A DNA stretch of 64,000 nucleotides from Naegleria gruberi (Eukaryota), in the NCBI GenBank assembly GCA_000004985.1, contig GG738848.1; one strand, 5' to 3'. How positions within the stretch are numbered: position 1 is the stretch's first letter; the number at the start of each line of letters is the position of its first letter. The position numbers and the translations under genes were made by a program. Below the pieces are notes generated by a model. That model saw only the letters and a program-made list of their open reading frames with translations, searched no databases and had not been told where the DNA came from. Of the stretch, positions 1-13,400 are shown piece by piece.

Positions 1-1002
1 CACCTCACAACCAACTTGTTTAGCAAATGGTTTTCCAAGATTTTCAGTGGCATCATCAATCATTCTCATTGGTAATACCAAGGGATTACTTTCTATAATG
101 ACCTTTGAAAAAAGACCCTTACTTGCAGGACTAACTAAATGAGCAGTTGTTGAGCTAGCTCCAGCTGATTGACCTCCAATGGTTACTTGTTTAGGATCAC
201 CTCCAAATGCAGCAATATTATTTTGAATCCATTGTAATAATTGCAATTGATCAGTAAATCCATAATTGCCTTCCATTCCTGCTTTTGAGTTGACCAACCA
301 TCCCAAAGCTCCCAAACGATAAGAACCAACAATTATAATGATATTTGTCTTGTTTGCAATGTAAGTTCCATCATAGAGTATAACATCAGGTCCACCTTGC
401 TATTTTTTTTCATTGAATATTATTTTACAAAATTAAATAGTTAAATATTTAAATAGTTAAATAGTTTACAAACCTCAAAATGACCACCAGGTAAAAAAAC
501 ATAAACAGGAACAAGTTGATCCCTGATAGTATCAATCCTAGGAGTAAATAGATCAATAAATAGACAATCTTCACTCTGAGTTGACGGACAAGTTAAGGGA
601 GGTAATTCACATCGTTGCGGGCATGCTAATTGATGATAATATTCGAAAGTTAATAGATTAGTATGACATACCTGGGGTTGGGATTGTGTTATTTGCATAA
701 AAGATTCCATCATGTTTACCAATTGGTTGTGATGGTTGGAATCTCAACTTTCCAATAGGTGGTTTCGAATAACGAATTCCTGTGAAAGCTCTGGCAGTTA
801 TTTGATATTCAGGAAATGATGAGATGAAACCCTTGTATTTACCGAGAGGAGATGTTACAATCAATTCATCTTGATCACTACATTTTACTTGTTGATGATT
901 CGAATAAATGATCAATAAGAATCCCAGTAGAATGCACAGTGCAAGATTAGTTTTCATGTATTTTTTTTTTGAGAATGAAGAGTTTGAAATTTCACGAGAC
1001 AT
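1..1002 (-). CDS. Carboxylesterase type-B (cholinesterase-like) secreted esterase. 5' part only; the gene runs off the window start. About 3 exons: 1002..672, 626..481 and 396..1. Introns approx 671..627 and 480..397.
   Basis: ATG at 1002 with a hydrophobic signal peptide MKTNLALCILLGFLL. Motif RYSKPPIGKLRF matches the esterase B N-terminal signature. Reverse-strand translation of 1..400 gives the nucleophile elbow GGQSAGASS (G-x-S-x-G). GT..AG introns restore frame between ORFs 658..1002 and 441..722. Confidence 0.7.
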
Positions 1003-1390
1003 CTTTTTTCATGTCAACGAGAGCGGAGTGAAAATCTTAGCAAGGCCCACAAATCTGAATCAAAGTTTACAACATGAATTCATCCATTTTCATTGCCTCC
1101 TTACAACCATTACAATATGACCATTGAATCAAGAATAATCTCCAATCGATTAAAGCATATCAATACTCTATTTTAGGTAATAAAAATTTATTTCTCTCTC
1201 CCCAAAATCACTTGAGGAGAATCTTTAAACATCAATAACAGTAATTGCAATTCAGAGGAGGATTCGCATCTATCCTTATAAGCTGTTCGAATTTCAAGGA
1301 AAAATTCAAAAATCACTCACTCTCTTAGTCCATAGTAAGAAGAGATAACATCAAGTCAACCAAAAATATTATAACCAAAAAAGTAAAGAA

Positions 1391-1957
1391 TCACTCCTTA
1401 AAATTTCCTCCATTCCAATTCATATTTCTACAGAGGAGAGAGGCGCTGCTTAATCGCTTTCTACTACTGTTGCTTGCTGATTGCATGTGTAGAAAGAAGG
1501 GATATCTTCTACGAGGGTTGTTTGATAGATTGGATTGGAAGGAGGGCAATGTTTTGGTTTGGAGAGGCAGCTTCTGAATGGTGGATGGTTGATCTTCTTG
1601 TTTGGATGAGTGAGAGTTGTCAGAACAAGCAAGAGTGGATGAAGAAACATCTCTTGTCGATGATTGTATCTTGAGACTGTCGTTATCTGTTGATGTAATT
1701 TGAGATTGAGCATCAACAGCAACATGTTTTTGGAGTGATTTAAAATTGGTATCCAATGTAACAAGATGAGGGTATGGATGATAGGCGAGTGAATTATTGT
1801 TACTCCTTTTCATTTCAAAATGTTGATTCAGGTCTGGAACTAGACTATGATAGACATTTTCAAGGAAGCCAATAATGAGCTGAAAAAGAGAGAAGAGTAA
1901 TGCAAACATTTTTTTCTGAATGGTATTGTTGCTTTTCAGTTTTTGTGAGGAGACCAA
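1391..1957 (-). CDS. Hypothetical small Ser/Asn-rich protein with a hydrophobic N-terminus, possibly secreted.
   Basis: 188-aa ORF. N-terminal MFALLFSLFQLIIGF looks like a signal peptide. No recognisable domain. Confidence 0.25.
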   Translation of the reverse strand: MVSSQKLKSNNTIQKKMFALLFSLFQLIIGFLENVYHSLVPDLNQHFEMKRSNNNSLAYHPYPHLVTLDTNFKSLQKHVAVDAQSQITSTDNDSLKIQSSTRDVSSSTLACSDNSHSSKQEDQPSTIQKLPLQTKTLPSFQSNLSNNPRRRYPFFLHMQSASNSSRKRLSSASLLCRNMNWNGGNFKE

Positions 1958-2072
1958 AGAGCTACTTGGGAGGAGACTAGTCTACTACGATTTTGAATGG
2001 ACATTGGTCTTTAAGGATATAAAAAGAAATAATGGGTAGGGTTTATTTTGGGAAGTAGTTATGATAGTGGAT

Positions 2073-3132
2073 TTATTCTTTAACTTCAAAGCTTGGGTCG
2101 ATTTTCTTAATTCTATCTCTCAATTCTTTGAGTTCTTCATTCTTGGTCTTGACGATATTCATCATGTTTTGGAATTGAGAAGTTTGATTAACCTTGAGAG
2201 TTAATTCATTTTGAGCGGTGGCGATATCCTTCTTCAGATTATCAACAGCCTTTTCAATTTCCTTCTTTTCAGCTTCGCACTTGTCGAGAGATTGTTTGAG
2301 GGATTCCAAACTGGCCTTCAAATTGGAATTTTCATCTTGTTGGGCTTTTGATTGGGTAGATAATTGTTCAATACTGCTCTTTAATTCAGCCTTTTCTTGT
2401 TCTTCCTTTGGATCGACGGTTCCTTCAACCTTATGCTTCAATCTTGTTAATTCATCTGTGGTCTTGTTCAAAGTATCGGTGATTTCAGTCTTTGCCTTCA
2501 TCATTTCATTGTATGCCTTTTGAAGGGAGGTTAATTGATCTCTCATTTGATCATTTTCCTTTTTCAATTTGAGAGTATCATCACCACCTGCTGGTTTAAG
2601 AGATGGGAGCTTATTTCCGCTTGTTGGAACAGTCTTTGGAAACATGGCAGTTTCAATTTTTGCCATTTCCTTCAATGTTTCTCTATTAATGTATTATTGA
2701 AAATTAAATTGTTAATTAGAATTAAATTATATTCAATAAATCCAAATAATAATTATTAAATACCTACTCGTCTTCAATACTTGAAATATCAACTTTGAGT
2801 TTAAATCCAGCCTGATCAGCCTCAGAGAAAACTTGTCTTAATAATTCAATGGATGTATGGCTGGCATATTGTGTTTCCGATTTAATTGTAGTCTTGACTA
2901 CCGTTTCCACTGCGTCAATAATATTCTTAACCTCTAATAAACTATATTGGTTATCCAACAATCTACTATCCTTAATATCTTGAATACCTCTAGAAACTTC
3001 CTTGAGGTGCAAGTCAGTCTTGTGATGAGTAAACTTGATGTAACTCTTGACAACTTCCCTATAGTGATCAGAGAGACCGTCCAAAAGAAGAGATTCTTCA
3101 ATAGCTTCTTGAGAAGACATGTTGTTATACAA
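2073..3132 (-). CDS. Coiled-coil protein, probably 2 exons: 3132..2761 and about 2689..2073, with a GTAGGT..AATAG intron of about 70 nt.
   Basis: ORF 2764..3132 is a 122-aa N-terminal helical domain. ORF 2073..2675 is 200 aa of heptad-rich coiled coil (LKKENDQMRDQLTSLQKAYNEMMKAKTEITDTL...). The donor ga|gtaggt before the first ORF's stop and the acceptor aatag|A join them in frame (..ISSIED-ETLKEMAKIETAMF..). They could instead be two separate genes. Confidence 0.4.
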
Positions 3133-3553
3133 AAGAGAGAATGTAAAAGAGTTTTAAAAGGCTTTTTTTTTGTAGTTGAATAATAATTCAGAGACCCCAC
3201 GGCCATACACAGCTAATACAATGAAACCTCTCCAACCCTCAAACATTTTAATAAATCACTATCATCATCACACATTGAGCAAGTTATTATTGGTGGTGCT
3301 TGCTGCTAACATGGAGTGATGCAAGAGATCGAATAATATAATACGGAATGGTTTATTTGCTCATATAGAATTTCAATGCACCTCATGAGCATTACAATGA
3401 ACATCAATAAATCATCATTCACAATCAATAATTTAATATTAAATTTGCATTGTTCTTATCATAAATTCCATCAAATATCTTTCCACTATCATTGGTGAAG
3501 CAATCAGACACAATCTGTAGATACGAATTGGCGCCAAAACATTAAAAGAAAAA

Positions 3554-5641
3554 ATGTCTACAGCTGGCTCTCATCGTTCTCTCAGCGCAATGTCTAAGGA
3601 AAGTGCTGTAGGAACCACATCAGGTAGTAATTCAAAGCAATCCTCACAGGCTAATTTAAAACAAAGTAAATCACAACGTTCTATTATATCAGTCAAGACA
3701 ATTCCATCAATAATATCAACATCAGGGGACAAGACGAATGGAGAAAACGATGAAGGAGAATTGGATAGGACAACATCAATATCAACAGTTGGATTTGAAG
3801 ATAGCTTGGAAATAATAACGGAAAATGGAGCTACTGCTTTGGACGCCTTATTTACAAAAATAAGAAATTCTATTTATTTGGATTATTCTGAGGAGAGGAA
3901 TCGAGTTAGATTCAGAAATCAATTCATGAATCATGTCAGAGATGTATATAGAAAAATGATTTTGAAAGAGGATTGTAAAATACCAAGAATTGAAAAATTA
4001 GAGGAGGAAGGTAATTGGTCAGGAGGTGCAGCTCTGGAAATTAAAAGCACACTGTTTGCTGACATTGAATATAACCTTACGAGAGAAATTGAAAGTAATA
4101 AGCTATTGAGGGATCCTAAACCAGTAGAGTAAGTAGCTGGGTTTTTATTGTAATTAATGACAACTGAATTAGAGATATAATGTTAATGATTGCAAACAAA
4201 ATGTCACGGGATTATACACTAGATATGATCTCCTCTAAATATCTGAGAGAAGTTGACTTGTCATCATCCAAGATACAAAGCATAGACTCTGACTTTACTA
4301 AAATATGTACAAATTTAGAGATTCTGGGATTGTCTTTCAACAAGCTTAATTCTATCACAAGACTCCCAGCCAATATTTTTGGAGTAAATGCCTACTCGAA
4401 CATAATAACTAAAAGCATACCACTTGCATCTTTTGGAAATTTAATACACCTTGGATTGGGATATAATAGGCTCACCGACTTGTCGTTCTTGAATGAGTGC
4501 GAACAGTTGGCTTCCCTGGATGTGAGCTTTAATGACCTTGATAACTTAGAAAGTACTATTGGAATACTATCAAAATTACCCAAACTAATGTCGTTAAATA
4601 TGCAAGGAAACTGCTTCTGCATGTTTGACAGTTACAGAGGCGCTGTGCTAACAAATGTGCCTCAAATCAAATTATTGGATAATGATGAACTCAATGAAGA
4701 TCAAAGAAGGCGATATATGGAGTTATTTAAAGGGTTCGAAGGAGAAAAGAGTAAGTTTTTGAAATCGATCAATGATGTTTACTCTTATTAGAATCAAAGA
4801 TTATTGTCACATTATCACCACTTGTTGGGTTGAATTTTGATGAGGAAATCAAATTTGTTGAGGATGAAAATTCAGCCAATGTTGATAAGAACGGAAAAAA
4901 GACTCCTGTTAAGAGAGCTCCTTCTGCAAAGAAGAAGGCTACCAATTCAAAGAAACCTGCTGAAATCACATTCATCAAGTGTGTGTATTATGTAGTGAAA
5001 TTCTTATGGCCTGAAGATCCTGAACAAGATTTTAAAAAGACAATTGAATCCAATCCAATTTACTTACCAGACCCTGATCCAAAATCAAACTCAAGACTAG
5101 TTAATTTAGATTTTAAAGATTTATTCGAGTTTCAAATAACTGAAAAGTCAATCGGTGTTAAGCATCATTTAGAAAGTAGGTTCCTCTTTCCTTGATTTTT
5201 TAATATTTACTCATTATTTTAGAGCCAGTGAGCTTTTATGTAGAGCGAATTGTTTCCAACATTCAAGAGGACGATGAAACAAATAGAACTGAATTTTCGA
5301 GAGATTTACTTGGAATTTTAATTGCAAAATTTGATTTACTTTGGGAAAGAGGATTCACATTACCAGATCCAATACCGGATGAAGATGAATCATCCAAGAC
5401 TGGAGATGAATTAAAAGCTCTCATGAAAAATCAATGGGAGCAAAAGAACAAACTTCAAAATGACATTTCAACAGAATCTCAATCCAACCTTTCTCTTGGT
5501 GTGTCAATAACTCTGCCAAGTGAAATATGGGATAATTATGAAAAGGATTGGAAGGATCCAAAAAAGAGAAAGCAAGCCAGAGCCAATACTCTTAAAGCAA
5601 ATCAACAAAAAAGACCAACCTCCAACACACCAAAGAAATAA
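3554..5641 (+). CDS. Leucine-rich-repeat protein of about 620 aa in 4 exons: approx 3554..4127, 4168..4749, 4790..5177 and 5225..5641.
   Basis: Four consecutive same-strand ORFs are joined in frame by GTAAGT/GTAGGT..AG introns of 40-47 nt. The central exon carries SDS22-like LRRs (LxxLxLxxNxIxxI: LEILGLSFNKLNSITRL, LIHLGLGYNRLTDLSFL, LASLDVSFNDLDNLE). The N-terminus is Ser-rich and the C-terminus is basic. Confidence 0.55.
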
Positions 5642-5683
5642 ATCCATTCTCTCTCTTTTTCAATTATTTCAAATAATAAAAAA

Positions 5684-6016
5684 ATGGTAAGTGCAATCAG
5701 CAAACAACTTGTCCAAATCATCACAGTCCAAAAAACTTTCGGAACAAGATATCAATATTTACAGATTAATGTTTGAAAAGATTGATTCAGATAAATCAGG
5801 AACCATTGATCGTACCGAGTTATTTTCAATGATGAAGGAATTGACTGAAGGAAAGATTTCCGAAACTGATGTTGATGCCATGATGAAGGGTAAGTTGTAT
5901 TCTTCGTTAAATATGAAAATAATATTATAAATTAATTGATTTTTAAAGATGCTGATGTTGATCAAGATGGGCGAATTGATTTTGAAGAATTTGTCAAGCA
6001 AATGGAAAAGTTCTAA
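5684..6016 (+). CDS. Small two-EF-hand Ca2+-binding protein of about 75 aa in 3 exons. Exon 1 is the ATG alone; the introns are about 5687..5729 and 5890..5954.
   Basis: aaaaaATGgtaagt places a donor immediately after the start codon. Acceptor atcacag|TCC continues in frame. EF loops DSDKSGTIDRTE and DQDGRIDFEEF are present. A second GTAAGT..TTTAAAG intron joins ..AMMK to DADVDQDG..., and the stop is at 6014-6016. Confidence 0.6.
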
Positions 6017-6434
6017 ATAAAGTTGATGTGTTAGGATTTGCTGAATCCTTCTCTGAACATAATTGACCGATCAAAAATGAAGTGGTTGGAATTTAATAAA
6101 TTTATTGATTTTTTCATAGTTGATTTTGGTTCTGCTGAATTGATTGGCGCAACAGAATTAGACGGAGCAAGATAATCCTAACAAATCAAGTGAAATGATT
6201 CAAATAATAATTTCCAGAAAATCACAATGATCACATCTCAAGGAAACAAATTCCATTCCAGCTCTTTTTTCTACCACCACCTCAGGTGCTAATTTAAAAC
6301 AATTGTTTTGGTCAATTCTACCACAAATTACTTACTTTTATCACATTCCTTTCCATGATCTCCATAACAATCAATCAATTGTTGTGATATGTATTTTATT
6401 GACAATCCATTTGACTATATATTGTGAAAGTATG

Positions 6435-6965
6435 TTAGAAATTTAAATTCAAAAAAACACAAACAGAAGTAGGAACCCGAAGACCACATTTACAAAAGAG
6501 TGAATGTTTGGTTTCGAGTAAATGATTCTTCTTACACAAAGGACATAAATATACGGACTTTTCATAGTAATCTATTAATTGTTGTAAATCTTCAGCTTCC
6601 AAAGCTTCTTCCTCTTCAAATTGTTTTAAATGATTTTCCTCTTCCTCTCTCCATTCATTTTCAATTTCATTTCCTATCTGTACAAGTAAATCAAAATATT
6701 CATCATCGGACATGGATCCCTTCTCCTCTGCAAATATTCTTTCCATTTCTGTTTTACAAGCTTGAATATATTCATCATGGAGAGCCAAATTTTCATCATT
6801 AGAATTTGAAAAGGGATCCCGAATCATATTTTGTAATTGTCTTCTCTTTTCCTTTACATTTTCGATGGCTCTCTTCTTGATGATATTTTTATATTCGGTC
6901 TTTTTAACCTTGATCGATGCTTCTCTGGAGAGATGATGATTTCCATTGTCTTGATAATTAAACAT
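6435..6965 (-). CDS. RPA-interacting protein (RPAIN/RIP)-like zinc-ribbon protein.
   Basis: 176-aa ORF. An acidic helical region is followed by C-terminal CPLCKKNHLLETKHSLFCKCGLRVP. This is collinear with the CPVCTKYNLRI..CQCGLSIP zinc motif of RPA-interacting proteins. An EEEW..YEKS segment precedes it. Confidence 0.5.
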   Translation of the reverse strand: MFNYQDNGNHHLSREASIKVKKTEYKNIIKKRAIENVKEKRRQLQNMIRDPFSNSNDENLALHDEYIQACKTEMERIFAEEKGSMSDDEYFDLLVQIGNEIENEWREEEENHLKQFEEEEALEAEDLQQLIDYYEKSVYLCPLCKKNHLLETKHSLFCKCGLRVPTSVCVFLNLNF

Positions 6966-7242
6966 TTTTTTTTAATTTTATTGAATTTCTTGTTGTTTTT
7001 GAAATTCCAATATTTGGCGGAATTGACAAATATAAGATTCATCCAGAGTTTTTAACAATCTTCCTCACCATCTCTTAGGACTTGGAATGAACAATTTATA
7101 TATATATGGATGCCTATTGTTATTCGGTTTATATATGTCTTAATCAGTACAATATTGCCACACATACAAATAAGTCAAAGACACTTGGTTTTTTTGGACT
7201 CGGTCGCTGTAAAAAACATTGTTTGGTTACATAGATACTTAT

Positions 7243-9196
7243 TTACTTCTTCCTCTTTACAAAGCTTACGGTTAGGTCGTTTTCAGTTGCCAATTGTTTT
7301 GGAGTTTGTGAGGTTTTATCCTTTATCTTTTCACTTGCTCCTGATTGATACAAGAATCCACACAATCTCTCGGCAGTATTCTTTTCTTTCAGTCTGCAGG
7401 CGCAGTGGAGTGGTGTTTCACCCTTATCATTTTGTACATTCATACTGTCCTTACTGAGGAGAGTTAAGAGTAAATTAACAGTCTTGATGTTTGCATTTTG
7501 TACTGCCAAGTGGAGTGGTGTGTTACCAGTAGCGTCTTGTTCCTTCATCAATGCTGCACATTGGGTTGGATTCAAAAATGCAAGTCTGTTAATGAGTGGA
7601 TCGGTTCCTGTAACAGCTGCTTGATGGAGAATGTTTTGTTTCTTATCATCTCTTGAAGCAGGACCAAATACAACAGCTGGATTCGTATTTGTGAGAATAT
7701 ATTCTACAATGTTAATGTGTCCACTTGCTGCTGCTCTCATAATTGGTGTTCTACCAAACTTGTCCTTAGAGTTTATCAAAACCTTATTACCTGTTTGAGA
7801 TGAAGCCATTCCTCCCGATGAATTAACTTCAGCAGATTCACTAACTAAAAATTTGACTGAATTCAATCGTCCAGCTTCGCAAGCCATGTGTAAAATTGTT
7901 GAACCGTCAGTTGTCTTGAAATTGTAATCTCCTTCAAATTGTCCACACATTACTTGGGCAGCTTTGAAACCATGTTGAGCACTTTGCAAATCTCCAATTT
8001 CCTCATCAATAAATGCCTTATTGAAAAGCAATTGCAAAGGACTCTTTCCAAACTTATCTCTAATGTTAATCTTTGATTTGAGTTGACAAAGAATTGAAAT
8101 AGCATCGTAACCTCTATGATTACAAGCATAGTGGAGCGGTGTCGATTCAGATTCATCTGGAGCCATTATGTTACACTTGTATTTTGAGACGAGTAAAAAG
8201 ATTAATGATGATCTGTTATATTTTGCACATTGATGGAGAAGGAATGATCTTGGTTTCTCCTTATCTCTTAATTTACGTACTTCTTTATCTGTCCAAGAGA
8301 AGAATTCTTTCATTTCCTCATTACCTTCCTCCTTCAGTTTGGCACACATTTCAAGATATTGAGTAATGAACTCGTCAAACATGTCAGAACAAGTGTGGTC
8401 ATCATAACCATCAATATTTTTAACAAACTTTCTCAAGACATAGTGATATAACATTGAAGGTTTGATTTGAGTCATATCAGAAACGTCTTCGAAAGGTTCA
8501 GTTTCGGTTTCATCCTCTGCAGTTTCTACAACATCAACTACAGCATCAACAAGAGCATCCAATCCAGGTGTTGTTGGAGTACTACATTCATCCAAATTGC
8601 TCAACTATTATATATCATATGCAAATTCAATTAAATTCAATCATCATTACCGTTAATTAATTAAACAATAACAATAAACTTACTGATGGATTTGAAGGAA
8701 TTGGAGGTAATGGTCTTTGTTGATAGGATAATGATTGGGGAGATTCACTACCTGCCAAAGCCGATGATGATGAATTACTAGATGAAGACAATGGAGTTTC
8801 CTCTTCTGTAGCAAAAACAGGTTCAGAATCTTCATAACCTTCATATTTCTCTTGATTTTCCAATGCAAAATCTGTCATTGAATGATTTCTTTGGAAAGGT
8901 AAAGTTGGTGTTGAATGACTACTCTCTAACGCTGTAGGTACTGTTGGACTTTCTCCAGTTGAAGATGAATCATCTGAATATCTATTCGAATTATGTGGAT
9001 TTGGAAGAGAGGCACGAACACCAGGATTATTCAAACCAGAAGAACTTGTACTCGATGAGGTTGATGGTTTTGTAGCAGTGCCAGAAGTTACCTTTTTCTT
9101 CTTTGGTTTTCCATTCATAAATGTTTGTTTAAATAAATTCCATGATGAAGTTGTTGTTGAAGTTGGATAATAATTAGGATCGTTATATCTCGACAT
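7243..9196 (-). CDS. Ankyrin-repeat protein of about 620 aa in 2 exons: 9196..8689 and about 8602..7243, with an intron of about 8688..8603.
   Basis: Exon 1 is Ser-rich with the PxxP motif RPLPPIPSNPS and ends at a gtaagttt donor. The acceptor aatatataatag|TTG joins in frame to ..SNLDECSTP.. Exon 2 contains at least 6 ANK repeats (TPLHYAC, STILHMACEAGRLNSVKFLV, RTPIMRAAASGHINIVEYIL, NTPLHLAVQNANIKTVNLLL, ETPLHCAC). Confidence 0.7.
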
Positions 9197-10163
9197 TTTG
9201 TTCTAGTCAAATAGAGAGTGAGTAGGTCAAGAGAGAGAGTGGAAATTCGGAAGTGATATATGACTCAATCACAAGCAGAGAGTGTTGTGGTTGGTGGTAG
9301 TTTAAATTGTACAAGCCTTGATTGGTTTTATAAAAATACAAAAGAGTTTTTTCAATAGACAGAGAATTTGATATGTGCTACTACTACTATTGAGTTGTAA
9401 AGTATACTGGCACTTGTCAAAATAGTGTTGAGTCTTTTTTTCTAGTTCGTGGGCTGGATAATGAGCTGCTGCTGAACCTCGAAACAACATCAACACAAAC
9501 ATTCGCATCACAAATAGGTGGGTTTCACTTCGATGGACGTTTGGTGTCTAAAAAGATCTTTGATGGGAAAGCGTTCACATTTTAAGAAGAACGTATCAAG
9601 CCTTATGATGGGTTATTGAGAGGACGTTTGTCAGATTAAGCAGTAGGTTTCGTTTGTGTGCAACAACAAGTGAAATCATTGCCTTTTGCTAATCAGCATG
9701 AAACTGTTAAACGAAAGAAGAGGCAATTACATTGTGTTGTATGTTGCAGTTTTACTTTCAGTTTGGTGAAGAGGGGTTGTGTATTGTAGCCTTTGATATT
9801 TACTTTGTCTTTGCATTCTTCGTTATTCGACCACTCTCTTCGTTTCCTTTCAAATGTAAAAAATCGCAAAGTGCATTTGCTATTCCAACTCATCAGACAA
9901 CCGATAAATATTCATTCAACATTTTATCATCATCAAGTTTGTGTTAATTTACAGTTATACAAATATGTTTGTTTTAATTCCATATTGCAAGCTGCATTTT
10001 CAACTAATAAGAAGACACAAAAAGCACAGAAAAATTGAGAGAATTGGCCGAGGTTGTGTTTTGGGCGTTTTTTAATGATGATCTGATTGCTTAGCAACTA
10101 GGTGTGAACACGCTCAGCGTGGAATGAAAAAAGTGAACGAAAATTTCGCTTAGTCACAATAGG

Positions 10164-10179
10164 TTGGCTCATGAGCCAA
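10164..10179. promoter_or_regulatory. Perfect 16-bp palindrome TTGGCTCATGAGCCAA in the upstream region of the cyclase gene. A second hairpin CACGCT-c-AGCGTG lies at 10109..10121.
   Basis: Read directly from the sequence. It sits about 250 bp upstream of the ATG at 10430, in a locally GC-richer island (10040-10400) within AT-rich intergenic DNA. Confidence 0.3.
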
Positions 10180-10429
10180 ATTTATATTTATAGGACAAAG
10201 GTTCTACATCCTTATTTAAACAATAACACTTGTTGTTAAGGAGAAGAATCCCCCATGTAAGGTCGTGTATCTAACCACCGCCATATTTGATATTGCTGGT
10301 TTTTTATGATGCATTGTCCCTTAACAGCGCAGTGGGAAGGGTGTGCTTGCCAACTTTAAACCAGCCTTAAAAAACAACTCGAAAACAAACTTTCATCTCA
10401 TAATAACAACAACCTTCTAGAATAGTGCC

Positions 10430-13400
10430 ATGAATTCTAGAAACATCTACAGCAACAATGCAGGGTCGGTTGTTGGCTCAGATAGTTCTCAAGAATCACA
10501 CAATACTTCCAGCACAAATTCTTCATCATTTCAACACAAAATACGAGTGGAAGTCTTTAACTTTTTCTTTGCCTCACAGAATGTATCTAAAAAGCAAGGA
10601 GGTAAACGATTTTTTGCAATCCTATTATTGTACATACTAATTTATTGGAGTTATATATGGCTTCCTGTATTAAGCCCACAAGATTTTCACTTTGGTGCTT
10701 GGGGTTCATGGATATTTTCAGTATTTAACTATACAACAAGTTTATCAATGGATTTACTTCCGTATGAAGGAGCAATTGCTGTGGCTAGTATAACCATGAC
10801 TTTTATTGCAATAACCGTTTGTATTACTATTATTACTCTGTGGGCTGTAAAGTCTACTTCTCAATACATTAAGAAGATTCAAATGATTCTTCACATCAAT
10901 GCCTACTTAATAATAGTACTCTCTGCTCCTATAATATTTATTTTGACTAGTTTTGTGGATTGTGATTATGGATACAACCCAAGAGAATCATTGATAAATT
11001 TTGTATCTCACCATGCTAATGGTACTTCAATAAGTTCAACAGCAACTCTCACACCCATGCTCAACAGATTTACAAGCATGGAATGTTATTCAACAAATAA
11101 CATCATCTTGATGGCTGTCACCCTCTCATTCATTGCCTTATATTTTGTATTGTGTGTATTGGCCAACTTTTTGGTACCAAATTCACATCCATTAAGCTTT
11201 GCCCCAATGATAACGGAGGGTTACATCTTTCCTATTGGTATGAGTTTGGGAAATTGCATTGGAATTTTGGTACATTTCCTCATACCAGCAGAGTATGCTT
11301 TTGTGAGGTCTATTGTACATTTAGTATATGGCATGTGCATGCTTGTTGTTATTATGAAGAGTTTGCCAATGTATAGAAGATATGAAAACACAATTGTATG
11401 TGGAGTGGTATGCGCAAGATTTGGCACATCAATAGGAAGTATCATTTCCTTTTTTGTAAATGCATCGAACACTGCTGAAATTGGTATTGGAATGTGGGCT
11501 TTAACAACAGGACTGGCTGTTGGATTGGGTTTAGTGGGAGCTGTATCTATGGATATTTATACTCGTTACGTAATTTACTTTATCAAAACTAGATATATCT
11601 TATCAGTAAGATCATCTGATAGATCACTTGAAAAGGAAGCAACAAATATTTATTTCAAATTGGAAGAGGATGGAACCATGTACAAAATGATGTTATATAT
11701 GAGATTTGTTTTAATGAGATATGCTAGAACAAAGACAGAGGAATTAGAAGACAAGTACGACTTGGTTGCATTGATTTCATTCATTAGAGGAATAAGCTCT
11801 CAAAAGTGCTTCAGCGATATTGAACTGTTATCTATGGCTGGAACACTTGTTGGTTATCTGATGGTTGATGAAATGCACTCTTCATATTTTGCTCAAGCTT
11901 TGCTAAAGAGGGCTCTTAAACAGCGACCAGATGTCTATAAAAGATTCCTCATTCATCAAAGATTAAGGGAAGTAGAATTAACAGGTGCTGATGATGTTAA
12001 GGGAAGTAGAACCGTGCTTGAGTTGAAATCTATAATGCTCAATATTCAAAAATATATTACTGAACTCACTTCGTTACATCGTCACTTCTGGAAGGAATTG
12101 ATGCAGGAAATTGTGAACTATGAAAAGGCAGAAAATATAGTTGCAAGATGCTCTGTTATCAACCATGAATTAGATTCCATGTTCGACAACATTTTATCAC
12201 TGTACTATAATGACAAAACTGTACTGAGAACTTATGCCAGCTATTTAGAAAATTTCAAATTCAACAAAGAGCTTGCCAATGAATATTACACAGAAGCATC
12301 AAGTTTGGAAGAAGAAGAATCAAGGATTCCTCTCGCTCAAAAAGGTAATAGAAGGACAAAGAACAAGGTATTCCCAGATGTTCAGGAAAGTGTGGACATA
12401 TCTAAAAAGCTAGGCCCAAAAGGTTTGGCCGTTGGTAGAAGTGTTGCATTTGAAAATTTGGAAACAGCAAGTTACTTGTCTAGCAATATGGATTTTAATG
12501 GGGTTGAGAATGCTAATGCTGATACAAAGAGAGAAATTGGGTTTAGAAATGCCCTTTCTCTTCCTGATTCACACACCATTCACATTATTACTTTCGTTTT
12601 CTTTATTGTATTTGCTTTCATATTATTAGTTGTTGGTTTGGTTATTGGCTTACAATTCTCCAAAGGTGTAACAATGAATGTTGTTAATGTAATTGAAGCT
12701 TGCTCTCCAATATGCGCCTTGAGCAATGTTTTACAATCTGTTCGAGCATTCCAAATGCATTCAATGTTCAACTCTACCCTTGGCTCTTCCAATATTCCAT
12801 TAACTTTAACATCAGAGTCCTACATTGATTTGGCAAATACTAAGATTTTAGTTTCCAAATTCAAAGATATTCTTGTAAATCTGCAACAAAAAGCCTACAA
12901 TGCCAAGTTCGATGGAACTGTTTATTCAAATTATCATGAGGTTTACAGTGAAATTTACATGCCAAACATTGGTGATGATTCAAAATTTTATAACCACACT
13001 ACAAAGATCAATGTGACAGTGACAGATGTAACCAATACCCTTATTAAGATTTCTGATCAAATTATCAATTCAAAGGAAAATGATATAACTAAAACACTGA
13101 ACAGTTATGGATTCATGTTCCTTTACATCAATCATGAATCAATTACAGACATATATGACAAATTTTGTAATATCTTTACTGATTCTGCCAAGACTGAGGC
13201 CCTAGCAATCAACAATATCTTCACGATATATATTTCTGTGTCTCTGGCCACGTTTATATTGTGTGGAGCACTTTACATGATATTCTCAAGAAAGGAATTG
13301 ACAGTTGTTAGGGAGCAAATCAAACTCATTCAACATAATGTTTCCAAGAATGAAATTGGTAAATTATTCCATGATTTGGGTAAAAAAGTTGGTGACGAGG

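Noticed and set aside
420-470. The tandem ttaaatag repeats could be a microsatellite or mobile-element fragment.
   Set aside because: It lies inside a short AT-rich intron of the esterase gene and is only about 4 copies. No terminal repeats, target-site duplications or transposase or RT ORFs were seen anywhere in the window.
10095-10110. A C/D-box snoRNA, from aTGATGAtCTGA at about 10075-10090.
   Set aside because: The C-box-like and D-box-like motifs are directly adjacent rather than 60-100 nt apart. No terminal stem and no second C'/D' pair were found.
10430-11600. The N-terminal 7-TM block of the cyclase could be a microbial rhodopsin, as in chytrid rhodopsin-guanylyl cyclases.
   Set aside because: No Lys in the seventh helix (SMDIYTRYVIYF has none) and no RYxDW-like TM3 motif. 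The cyclase also has Lys/Asp (ATP) rather than Glu/Cys (GTP) specificity residues.
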